From: Mytilus edulis
Taxonomy: Eukaryota
Assembly: GCF_963676685.1 (NCBI RefSeq)
Contig: NC_092350.1
Coordinates: forward strand, 10,416,001 to 10,480,000
Direction: 5' to 3'
Length of the DNA stretch: 64,000 nt
The position numbers and the translations under genes are program-made. Below the pieces are notes generated by a model. It saw only the letters and a list, made by a program, of their open reading frames with translations, was not told the origin of the DNA and did not search any database. Positions 54,573-64,000 of this stretch are shown here, in pieces (position 1 is the first letter of the stretch; every line of letters begins with the position of its first letter).

Positions 54573-56630
54573 TTAAATTATTGGATATATATAATCATTC
54601 ACCATGATGTTAAATAGTGTAGGACTTATACAACTACCCTGTGGTGTACCATTCTGAATTATAAATATTTCAGAGTAAGTATTATTAACTTTAACTTGTA
54701 TAGTTCTGTCACTAAGAAAATCCTTTACCCATCCCAACATATTACCCCTTATACCTATTGAAGCCATTTTTATTAATAACCCATTTTTCCATAGCATATC
54801 AAATGCCTTTTGGAAATCTATAAATACACCAACTGTGAAATGTTTTTTGAGAAATGCTTTATGAATATCATTATCAATTCTAATTATTTGTTCCATAGTA
54901 TTTCTATTTTTCCTAAATCCACTTTGATTTGGTGTGTAGAAATTATTTTTTTCTAGATACCAACGTAGTCTATTATTAACCATTTTCTCCATAATTTTTA
55001 CAAAATTAGAAGTAAGGGCTATTGGTCTATATGACTGTGGGTCTGTGGGGTTTTTTCCAGGTTTAAGTACTGGTGATATAATGGAATGTTTCCATTCACT
55101 TGGAAGTTTTTGTAAAAACCAAACTCTATTGATAAAAAGTAATAACACAGACAGTGATTTGTCTGTAAATTGTTTGAACATAGAATACGTAATTTTATCT
55201 TTTCCAGGGGAGGTATCAGATGTATCACTGATAGCATCTTTTAATTCTTGCATAGTATATGGTTCATTATAACTATCAGAGTTATCCTTATAATAGTGTA
55301 ATAATTTACTGTACTCCTTTTGATCAATATCTTGTTTCTGATTTTTAAATTTTTCTGAGTAATTATGGTCACTACTGACTTGAGCATAATTTGTAGCAAG
55401 TATATCTGCTTTGTCTTGAGTAAATTCATATTTGGTATTATTATATAACAGGGTTGGTAAATTTAATTTTTTAAATGTTTTACCCAACATTGATTTTACT
55501 TTTTTCCATACATCTGATAATTTAGTATCATTATTGAGAGAGTTACAGTAGCTCTCCCAATACATAGCTTGTGCAGCTTTGATAGTTTTTCTGCACGTTC
55601 TTTCTTTTTCTCTATATATAGTGAAATCAATACCAAGACCTGAATGTTGGGCACGGTTTTTACAGGTGTTCCTTTCTTTAACACATTTAGTGCATTCAGG
55701 TGTCCACCATGGTACCTGTGGTTTTTTAGGTTTATTATTTTTTAATTTGACTGGGATGCACTCCCCAGCTATTTTGAGTATTTTGTTTGTTAGTCTTGAA
55801 CATGTTTCTTCTATATTGTCAGAAATCATGTCAGGACTCAAATGTTCATTACACTTGCTGGAGAATGCCTCCCAGTCTGCTTTCTTATAATTATATACAG
55901 ATTCAGTTTCATCAATTTGCATTTGTTTATGGCTAAAACTAATATTTACAACATGATGGTCACTGCCATAGGAACTAATGAGGTCAACTGACCATGTTAA
56001 TTTACTAGCTAAACTAGAATTACAAAAAGACAAATCAATAGGTGACAGTTCTAATGTACTGGGGTTACATCTTGTACCTGTACCATCATTAAGAAGTACT
56101 ATATCTTTATACTCAAGGAAAGAGAACAGCTCTCTTCCCTTAGTATCTATATTTTTACCGCCCCACATAGTGTGGTGGGCATTAAAGTCTCCACATAGTA
56201 TAAATTTTCCCTCTATTTGATCAAATATATTGTTATAATGGGGTAGTTTTGTATTTGATGCTGTGTCATAAAGATTGACCAGTGTAATATTATTATTATC
56301 AAAACTAAATTCAATACATGATATTTCTAAATCACTGTTAATATTCTTTTTCAGATATGGAAGATTTTCTCTGACATATATAGCTGTACCTCCATGTGAT
56401 TTGGTATTACGTACAGAAAAATCAGCTATTTTATAACCTATTACATGTGGATGATCTTGTTCGTTTTTACACCATGTTTCCTGGAAGCAAATAATATCAG
56501 GCTTCATTTGTGACATAGCTATATACGCCGCAGCATTGTTGTTAATGCCGCGACAGTTCCAATGAACAACACTGAACATTATGTTATATAATAATAAACA
56601 TGATAAATAAATAGTATAATTGATAGCCAT
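54573..56630 (-). CDS. LINE ORF2 N-terminal part: APE endonuclease and RT, frameshifted at ~54590
   Basis: WNCRG, FQETW, GDFNAH, SDH, YRPIALT, QSGFR, DFQKAFD, GTPQG. Confidence 0.92.
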   Translation of the reverse strand: MAINYTIYLSCLLLYNIMFSVVHWNCRGINNNAAAYIAMSQMKPDIICFQETWCKNEQDHPHVIGYKIADFSVRNTKSHGGTAIYVRENLPYLKKNINSDLEISCIEFSFDNNNITLVNLYDTASNTKLPHYNNIFDQIEGKFILCGDFNAHHTMWGGKNIDTKGRELFSFLEYKDIVLLNDGTGTRCNPSTLELSPIDLSFCNSSLASKLTWSVDLISSYGSDHHVVNISFSHKQMQIDETESVYNYKKADWEAFSSKCNEHLSPDMISDNIEETCSRLTNKILKIAGECIPVKLKNNKPKKPQVPWWTPECTKCVKERNTCKNRAQHSGLGIDFTIYREKERTCRKTIKAAQAMYWESYCNSLNNDTKLSDVWKKVKSMLGKTFKKLNLPTLLYNNTKYEFTQDKADILATNYAQVSSDHNYSEKFKNQKQDIDQKEYSKLLHYYKDNSDSYNEPYTMQELKDAISDTSDTSPGKDKITYSMFKQFTDKSLSVLLLFINRVWFLQKLPSEWKHSIISPVLKPGKNPTDPQSYRPIALTSNFVKIMEKMVNNRLRWYLEKNNFYTPNQSGFRKNRNTMEQIIRIDNDIHKAFLKKHFTVGVFIDFQKAFDMLWKNGLLIKMASIGIRGNMLGWVKDFLSDRTIQVKVNNTYSEIFIIQNGTPQGSCISPTLFNIMVNDYIYPII

Positions 56631-56675
56631 TTTTAATTGTATATTGTTAATACTTTATATTGGGCGATAAATGAA

Positions 56676-57914
56676 TTATATCATTTCAGTTGTAACTCTA
56701 CTAGCCATTTCCAAACCTAATGAGAGATCAAAATTTGACCCAAACATCTGTTTTACAACTATTCCTACAAAACCCATAATTGACTTTAAAGTAAAGTCTA
56801 TGGGTTTAGTAGGAGGGCTCATAGTCTGGTGCATGACAACACTAATTACAGTTACCAAGTCTTGTATGGTACATTTATCTTTTTTGGGTGGTACTGAGCT
56901 CTGATCTTTTGGGGTTTTGCTAGTTGATTTAGAGCTTTCTTTATGATGTTCATTGATTTTAAGCTGGTTTGTTGCTTGTTGTAGTGAAATATTTTTAGAT
57001 TTCACCAGCTTAAGGGCCATTTTTTGTTGGGTCCTTTGTGGACATTCTTTGTCATTAGACATATGTTTACCTTTACAGTTTACACATTTTAAATCTGTTG
57101 AGGTACATTGCTCGTTCTCATGTTCCTCTCCACATTTAATACATCTTTTTTTATTTCTACATTGGTTTGCCATATGCCCAAACCCCTGACATTTATAGCA
57201 TTGAATAGGTTTAGGTACAAATAATTTGGTATTATATGTTTTGTACCCAATATTGATTGTTGCTGGTAGCTGGGGTGTCTGAAAGAATAACTTTATGGAT
57301 CTAGATGGTTTTCTTTCACCGATTTGTTTGTCAAAGTAGGACATCCTTTGAATTTTACTAACTTTCTGGGCTTTAAGCACCGACACGATATCTTCGTCTT
57401 CAACGTTAATGTCTAGAGGCACGTTATAAATAACTCCTATTGATGAAGTTACAGATTTGGGCACACTTGTCCTAATCTGTAATTCACCAATGAGTTTGAC
57501 GCGTTTTAGCTGTTTCCACTGCGATTTGTCAATGCACTCTACTAGTATTTTCCCACTGTTAAGTGGTTTAATTCTTTTTGGGGTACCAACAGTCTCAAGG
57601 AGAATCTTTTGGATTTTTATCTGATTTTGGGTGCTAAGTTTAGTATTGGGATCAACACTCTGTAGGACTAGTAAATACTCATTACCTTTTACTGAGGGTG
57701 TATGGGGGAGAGGGGAAGGTGTATTAAGGAGGGTATTATCATTTAGGGGAGATGTACTTGCCATTCTTTTTCGTCTTTTCCTCTGTGTGGACCAGCCATG
57801 TTTTTCATATTCAGAGGATTCCATGTCTGTGGTATCAGTTTCATTGAGGGACTTATAAAATTCTTCCTCATCGAACTGACCAGAAATTGTTTTGTCCATA
57901 ATGTCGGACAACAA
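56676..57914 (-). CDS. LINE ORF1 gag-like protein with three zinc knuckles (first ATG at 57899)
   Basis: CYKCQGFGHMANQC, CIKCGEEHENEQC, CVNCKGKHMSNDKEC. Confidence 0.92.
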   Translation of the reverse strand: MLSDIMDKTISGQFDEEEFYKSLNETDTTDMESSEYEKHGWSTQRKRRKRMASTSPLNDNTLLNTPSPLPHTPSVKGNEYLLVLQSVDPNTKLSTQNQIKIQKILLETVGTPKRIKPLNSGKILVECIDKSQWKQLKRVKLIGELQIRTSVPKSVTSSIGVIYNVPLDINVEDEDIVSVLKAQKVSKIQRMSYFDKQIGERKPSRSIKLFFQTPQLPATINIGYKTYNTKLFVPKPIQCYKCQGFGHMANQCRNKKRCIKCGEEHENEQCTSTDLKCVNCKGKHMSNDKECPQRTQQKMALKLVKSKNISLQQATNQLKINEHHKESSKSTSKTPKDQSSVPPKKDKCTIQDLVTVISVVMHQTMSPPTKPIDFTLKSIMGFVGIVVKQMFGSNFDLSLGLEMASRVTTEMI

Positions 57915-58156
57915 AGAATATTGGTGAACACTTTTCAGTAGACAAGAAAAGTTGAGTATCTAACTATAATAATACTATAATAATACTGAATAAATTATTC
58001 AGATAGCAGACAATATCAATTATTTAATATTCTCAAAAAAATATCTGAAATATAAGACTATAAACACAAAATATAATGATATATTCTAATTCAGTGCAGT
58101 GCTACAAAAACACGACCGTGATGATCCGGGACTCACAACCCGAGGTATTATCCCAA

Positions 58157-59684
58157 ATATATGTGGTGGTGTTTAACGACCTTGACTGGCCTTTCAGCCC
58201 TCGCACGGTCGGCTCGGTGCCCGAAGGCGTTTGGTGAGCTTTAAATATTCTGGAGCCATGGGTCAGGAACAAGTAGTGGAGGTCGCAATATGGAGGCCGC
58301 CATCTTGGTTTTGGTGAGTTGTTTTTGGTTTTTGACTATTTTGTTGTTTATTCTTCACTAACGGCTGCTTTCAGGGCCAGTTTGGTCAGCTTGGCAGCCC
58401 GCTAGCCTCGATGATGGAGTACTGGTAGATGATCTCGGACGTAGTTCGAAAGATGACAGGAAGCATTATCAGGACCAAAGCCGTGAGGCAGTGAAATGAA
58501 GGTCGTATCACCCAACAGCCTAGGATACAGCCCTCGGACGTTAATCGGCATAACACTCCCCATAATACAATGGTTTTGGAGTGCATGTTAACGCGGGTAC
58601 GCCAACCGCTACGTCTATATGTACGGCATGGATCGGTTTCTGTCATCTTAAGTAGGTGTAAGACATAATAATGTCCTTATAAAATAATGTCCATTGCCAT
58701 GGAATGATGTCCCTCAAAAGGACAGATTTTTACTGCTAACTATATGAAATAGTGTCCACTCACAGGACAAATTTTCATAGTAGTTGCTGTTAAATTGTAA
58801 GGGAAGTAATACAAAGGTCATTACAAAGTTTTATTATACTTGAATTTTAATTAAAATATGAAGGATTGATGAGAAATTGATCAATGTACAAATGTAAACA
58901 AATAAATAATGGATGGAAGTGAATATAGAGAAATTTAAGTTCCTAGAAATTCCCAGCAAATGGAAATGACAATGAAAGAATAACAATAAGAAGGAAGTGT
59001 AAAATCAAATATGAAGAACTTTATAATATGTATTATGTCAGATAACTTGCGGAAGGCAATAGAAAATAAATAATGTCCATTGCCATAAAATATTGTCTCC
59101 ATGAAATATGGTCCATCTGCAGAACAAATTTTCGTAGTGAATGTTATTCAATTGTGTACTCAAAGGAAAATAAAATGGAACAGCATCTAACATGTATATA
59201 ATTATATTAAAAAATATAGATATGAAGATAAGGATGGTAGGAGTGCCAATGAGACAATTTTTATGTCAAAGTAACAATTAATTCAAGTTCGTAATTAAAG
59301 TTAAAATGCGTCCAGTAATAAAAAGGCAATGGATATCATTTAATACTTTAATCATATAAAAAAATGACCTGGCGGACACAATGTCCTGTGAAATAAAGGT
59401 CCATGTGGACATATTATGGTAGCGAAAAATGTCTATGTTCATGGACACTTTTTCATACCTGAGGACATGTTTTCATAGGAAATTGTGTCCAGGACACATT
59501 TAAATAAGTAAATATTGTCAAAATGTGTCCGGTGGACATTTTTTCATGGAGGACATTATTAAATCCTACATAGTAAGTCGTTGATATCTAACTGTAAACC
59601 CTCATCGAGGATAGCGGGTAAAGGAGAGCTGGCCCAGCACGTCCGTTCAGCTGTAATGACTGAGACGTGACTGATGAAATGAAT
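58157..59684 (-). mobile_element. Non-autonomous retroelement copy U3 (subfamily A), interrupted by a MITE
   Basis: Near-identical to U1; flanked by TATTATCCCAA (58146-58156, 59685-59695). Confidence 0.85.
58657..59570. mobile_element. 914-bp non-autonomous DNA transposon with TGT..ACA termini
   Basis: 21-bp imperfect TIR tgtaagacataataatgtcct / aggacattattaaatcctaca; many subterminal tgtcc/ggaca motifs; tagg/tagt flanks. Confidence 0.8.
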
Positions 59685-59695
59685 TATTATCCCAA

Positions 59696-60322
59696 CAACA
59701 AATGGAAGTGTTTAACGACCTTGACTGGCTATACAGCCCTCGCACGGTCGGCTCGGTGCCCGAAGGCGATTGATGAGCATTTAAATATTTTCTGCCGTGG
59801 GTCAGGAACAGGTAGTAAGGACGCCGAATGGAGGCCGCCATCTTGGTTTTGGTGAGTTGATTTTGGTTTTTTACTATTTTGATGTTATTCTTCACAACGG
59901 CTGCTTTCAGGGCCAATTTGGTCAGCTTGGCAGCCCGCTAACCTCGATGATGGAGTACTGGTAGATGAATCGTGGACGTAGTTTTAAAGATGACAGGAAG
60001 CGTTATCAGGACCAAAGCCGTGAGGCAGTAAAATGAAGGTCGTATCACCCAACAGCCTAGGATACAGCCCTCGGACGTTAATCGGCATAACACTCCCCAT
60101 GATACAATGGTTTTGGAGTGCATGTTAACGCGGGAACGCCAACACCTACGTCTATCTGTACGGCATGGATTGGTTTCTGTCATCTTAAGAAGTAAGTCGT
60201 TGATCATCTAACAATAAACCCTCATCGAAGATAGCGGGTAAAGGAGAGCTGGCCCAGCACGTCCGTTCAGCTGTAATGACTGAGACGTGACTGAATGGAT
60301 TGAATCCAAAATGGATTGAATG
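59696..60322 (-). mobile_element. Non-autonomous retroelement copy U4 (subfamily B), promoter-proximal
   Basis: Flanked by TATTATCCCAA (59685-59695, 60323-60333). Confidence 0.85.
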
Positions 60323-60555
60323 TATTATCCCAAGAGGTGGTAGTTTACTATTTATACCCGCAAAACGGATTGAAAGATGTTTCAGTTCTAAACCAATCAA
60401 ATCATCGCTTCTTCCAGGTAGTTAGGTTGAATGTTAGAAGGTGCTCTCTCCGAAGTTCGCGTTAAGTAAAAACTTTCAATCCGTTTTGCCGAGTATAAAT
60501 AGAAATTTTTATTAACGGCCATCATTCACTGATTACATTTCAGAGAGTATACATC
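60323..60555. promoter_or_regulatory. Bidirectional H2A/H2B-type histone promoter
   Basis: Divergent TATAAATA boxes (60356-60349 minus; 60494-60501 plus), each preceded by CTTTCAATCCGTTTTGC. CCAAT at 60393. ATCATTC cap motif at 60521-60527, about 30 nt from the plus-strand TATA. Confidence 0.8.
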
Positions 60556-60930
60556 TGTCTGTATTTAACTAATCACCACAAATAGTTAAACATGTCAGGA
60601 ATCTAATCACCACATTTAGTTAAACATGTCAGGCATGGATTAGATAATAAAATGTCGAATCAGAAAATGTATTGACTAATGTGAAAATCTGTATATATGT
60701 TTGTTCCGTCTGTGTATATGTTCTTCATGTGTGTATTTATAAACTGTTTTGTGTGATCAACGAAATTTGACGTTCACAAAGAAAAAGGCGGGGAAGAGAA
60801 ACAAAGCATTTACTGACTTAAGTATAAGCAACCCACTTGCACAAGCACTACTTTTTTCCTTTCCCCACCTCACCTTTCTATTATCCATATGTGTTTAACT
60901 TTTTGTTCATTATAACAATATAAAACAAAT

Positions 60931-62226
60931 ATGAATGTGATATATTCAAGAGCCGCCTCAGATGGCGAAGAAGGGATAAAAATAGGGAAAATGATCCCAA
61001 GGCCCTGTACCCTGCTAATACAATCTGATTACGAATCACATAAAATCACATCGGCAGAAATGCTACATTACATTAATAGCGAGATAAATCTTGAAATATC
61101 AGCCCTCATATGCTATTTTCAATCAACTGGTATAAACAAGTTCTCGGCCTCTTTTAGAGATGAACATGCAAAAGACATCTTCCAAGATACATTTAGCGAT
61201 AAAATAGAGATTCAAGATATTACATTTAATGTAGAACAAGCAGAACCCCTACAATGGGGGAAAAAAAAAAAAACTATTGACATTACTTTGTTTGGTATAC
61301 CATATGAATTAAAACCAGAGTACATAAGAAACAAAATGCAAAAATATGTAGATATAAGGGAAATAAAATATAACAACTACAAAGATTTCCCCGATATATC
61401 CAGTGGGGTCGTTACTGTTGTAGCAAACAGTATTAAAGAGGATATACCCAAAAAGATATATATAAAAGGGCAACAGATATCTACTCGATATGAAGGCCAG
61501 CCACACGGCAAAAAGTGTTTTAATTGCCAAGCATATGGACATATCTCAAAAGATTGTCCAGAGCCACAAGGTAGAATCTGGGGTTCAGCAAGAACCCACC
61601 CTACTAGAACAAGAACAAATAGTAGTGAGTCCCTATCCACACAAGACTCACAAGAATCCCAAGATTCACAAGAAACCACAATTGTAAACTCAGGGGAAAT
61701 AGAGGTAGAAATCTACCATGAAAAGGAAACATTAGAAATAACCCAAACTAACACTTCCGATTCCACCCCCTTAGAAGAAACTCTAAACGAATCAAAGAGC
61801 AGCAATGAGTCAATTGATCATGAAATCATAATCACACAAGCTCTTGAAGTCAAATTTGATAAACCTCAGTCAGAGACTGAAAAAATAAATGAAAAACAAA
61901 AAGGTAAAAAAAAGCCAAACCAAACTGATTACAATGATCTGATGGACGATTTAACAGAGATATTGGGCTCAGTTTCTGAGTCAGAGCCCGAAAATAATGA
62001 AACAGAAGAACAGCAAATAGAAAATAAAGAGTCGAATGCCAAATCTGGAGCCTCAGTGGCTCAAGGAAAAGGTACGACCCAAACCAAAAAAGAAAAAGTC
62101 CTAACAGACAAAGAAAAAAAGAGAGCAAGAACAGAAAGACAAAGAATCGAAAAAAGGAAAAATCTAAGTGATAGCGAAAATGAAGTAGAAAAAAGGAAGC
62201 CAGTGGCAAAGAAACAGATAAAATAA
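60931..62226 (+). CDS. L1/Tx1-type LINE ORF1 with a single CCHC knuckle
   Basis: TLFGIPYEL..IPKKIYIKG..RYEGQP..CFNCQAYGHISKDC and a charged C-terminus. Confidence 0.85.
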   Translation: MNVIYSRAASDGEEGIKIGKMIPRPCTLLIQSDYESHKITSAEMLHYINSEINLEISALICYFQSTGINKFSASFRDEHAKDIFQDTFSDKIEIQDITFNVEQAEPLQWGKKKKTIDITLFGIPYELKPEYIRNKMQKYVDIREIKYNNYKDFPDISSGVVTVVANSIKEDIPKKIYIKGQQISTRYEGQPHGKKCFNCQAYGHISKDCPEPQGRIWGSARTHPTRTRTNSSESLSTQDSQESQDSQETTIVNSGEIEVEIYHEKETLEITQTNTSDSTPLEETLNESKSSNESIDHEIIITQALEVKFDKPQSETEKINEKQKGKKKPNQTDYNDLMDDLTEILGSVSESEPENNETEEQQIENKESNAKSGASVAQGKGTTQTKKEKVLTDKEKKRARTERQRIEKRKNLSDSENEVEKRKPVAKKQIK

Positions 62227-62359
62227 AACAATGGTCATAAGATAAAACTAGATTTAAATTAAAATTAAAGAAAGACAAAACCTATTATATTGTATATTTT
62301 ATTATTTATTTATGATTAGTATCTTCACATTACTTCTATACTTTCTTTTACTAACTCAC

Positions 62360-64000
62360 ATGAGCACACTTCATATTATTTCACAAAATATAAGGAAAAA
62401 TATAAATACAAAGTATAAAGATGTTATCAACAGTTACCAAGATGCAAATATCATATGTCTACAAGAAACAGGGGTTTTAAAAAGATCAACCCAAGTTGAC
62501 ATTGAAGCCACTACAAATTTTAAAATTTACAGTTCCGATGGAGAAAATAGGGCAAGGGGTGTATGTATATTAATAGCAAAAGATGCAAAAGAAATACTTC
62601 AAAAACAGGTTCCAGCGACGCTAAAAGGAAATTTCATCCATATTGAATTTAAATTAGAAAGTAAAAAATATCAACTGCTAAATATATATAGCCCAGAGAA
62701 TACAACAAGACCACAAACAGAATTTTACGATCAATTAAATAAATATGTTGAACTGATAAATGTGAAAACAGACGTAGTAATTTTTGGAGGGGACTTTAAC
62801 CTGATAGCATCAGAAATAGATTCAAAAACAGGAATAATTAAAACAGGTAGAAGGACTTTAGATTTATTTAACAGTATAATTCACAAACTAAATATAAAGG
62901 ATACTTACAGATATAGAAATAAAAATAAAAGAGTATACTCATGGGCAAATTTCGATAACAGTTCAGCAACAAGAATAGACAGAATTTATCTATCTAAACA
63001 TATCTGCAATAAAATAAAAGACACCATAAATACACCATTTACAAGATCAGACCATAAAGGATATAAATTAAGAATTTTAATGGGCCATATAAAATGGGGA
63101 ACAGGATTCTGGAAGCTAAACGAATCATTATTAAAACAAAAGAAGTATACAGAACTGGTAAGAAATTTTTGGAATTCATGGGAAAAGGAGAAATATAAAA
63201 TGAATATCTTAGATTGGTGGGAAAAAGGGAAAAAATCAATAAAGGATATAACCATAAACTATAGCAAGGTAATGGCAACCAAAGAAAAATACAAATATAA
63301 GGGCTTGATACAAGAGCTAGAAGAAGAGGAAAATAAGGATACAAATGATATATCTAATGACAGAATAAATAAAATAAAAAAAGAAATAGAAACATTAGAC
63401 GATAATAGGAAAAAAGGAGTTATAATAAGATCAAGGGAGGAATATTATAATGGAGATCTAGAAAATATAGAAATTTTTGAATTAGCTGAAGAAAAAAGGG
63501 GCATAAAAAAAGAAATAAGAGAACTTTATGACAAAAATGGGATATTAAGGGAAAACAAAGAAGAAATAATAAACGTGGTTAGAGACTTTTATGAAGGACT
63601 ATATAGTAGCCAAAACATAGAAAACGGAAAAATTAAAGACTATTTGGAAGGGGTCAAAATTAATAAATTAGAGGAAGCAGATTGGATACATTTGAACCCA
63701 ATCATGACAAACGAAGAATGTTTTAAAAATACAAAAGACTTCCAAAATAATAAAACACCAGGAATAGATGGTCTAGGGAAATCATTCTATGTCGAATTTT
63801 GGGATATTATAGGCGAGGATTTGACAGAAGTAATAAATAATATTTACTTAACAGGGGAAATGACGGAATCTATGAAAACCGGCATAATTACTCTGAGTTA
63901 TAAAAATAAAGGAGATCCTAAAGAATTGAAGCAATGGAGACCCATAAGTTTATTGTGTTTTGACTATAAAATTATAACAAAGACCCTAACAAAGAAAATG
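62360..64000 (+). CDS. L1/Tx1-type LINE ORF2 (APE endonuclease and start of RT), open to the window edge and absent from the ORF track
   Basis: Hand translation of motifs: MSTLHIISQNIR, CLQET, GGDFN, RIDRIY, SDH, GFWKLN, KTPGIDG, FWD, WRPISLLCFDYKII; start and end are in the same frame. Confidence 0.9.
   Translation, partial: MSTLHIISQNIRKNINTKYKDVINSYQDANIICLQETGVLKRSTQVDIEATTNFKIYSSDGENRARGVCILIAKDAKEILQKQVPATLKGNFIHIEFKLESKKYQLLNIYSPENTTRPQTEFYDQLNKYVELINVKTDVVIFGGDFNLIASEIDSKTGIIKTGRRTLDLFNSIIHKLNIKDTYRYRNKNKRVYSWANFDNSSATRIDRIYLSKHICNKIKDTINTPFTRSDHKGYKLRILMGHIKWGTGFWKLNESLLKQKKYTELVRNFWNSWEKEKYKMNILDWWEKGKKSIKDITINYSKVMATKEKYKYKGLIQELEEEENKDTNDISNDRINKIKKEIETLDDNRKKGVIIRSREEYYNGDLENIEIFELAEEKRGIKKEIRELYDKNGILRENKEEIINVVRDFYEGLYSSQNIENGKIKDYLEGVKINKLEEADWIHLNPIMTNEECFKNTKDFQNNKTPGIDGLGKSFYVEFWDIIGEDLTEVINNIYLTGEMTESMKTGIITLSYKNKGDPKELKQWRPISLLCFDYKIITKTLTKKM

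Larger units (their letters stand above)
50860..58143 (-). mobile_element. Full-length I-clade (I/Nimb-like) LINE with RNase H
   Basis: 13-bp TSD GGTATTATCCCAA (50847-50859, 58144-58156); (TAG)n tail; ORF1 plus APE-RT-RNaseH ORF2; ~1.95-kb 3' UTR. Confidence 0.92.

Noticed and set aside
49465-60333. CRISPR-like array or simple satellite interpretation of the repeated ATTATCCCAA
   Set aside because: Eukaryotic context; the intervening segments are homologous retroelements of 55 bp to 7.3 kb, and the repeats behave as TSDs
60348-60502. MITE suggested by the ~30-bp inverted repeat
   Set aside because: The arms are divergent TATA modules correctly spaced from cap sites; no TSD

Overview
AT-rich eukaryotic DNA, probably a bivalve (Mytilus-like, inferred from repeat families and histone layout), with one assembly gap (34155-34341). 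The left 46 kb holds three multi-exon Ig-superfamily genes (a minus-strand Ig5-FN3 gene running off the left edge, and two plus-strand paralogues, one GPI-like and one transmembrane). Among them are Penelope-like elements, a decayed LINE, MITEs, a hammerhead ribozyme fragment and a 441-bp tRNA-headed tandem repeat. The right 17 kb is a replication-dependent histone unit (H3, H2A) and holds the main finding. Seven sense-oriented retroelements are stacked at one 10-13 bp site (ATTATCCCAA) at the H2A start site: four ~620-bp non-coding elements, two ~55-bp mini-elements and one full-length I-clade LINE. They push H2A about 10.9 kb away from its TATA box. On the other side of the same bidirectional promoter an L1/Tx1-type LINE sits where H2B should be. 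The non-coding element also carries a segment antisense to the histone mRNA stem-loop. Together this suggests a histone-promoter-targeting retrotransposon system.
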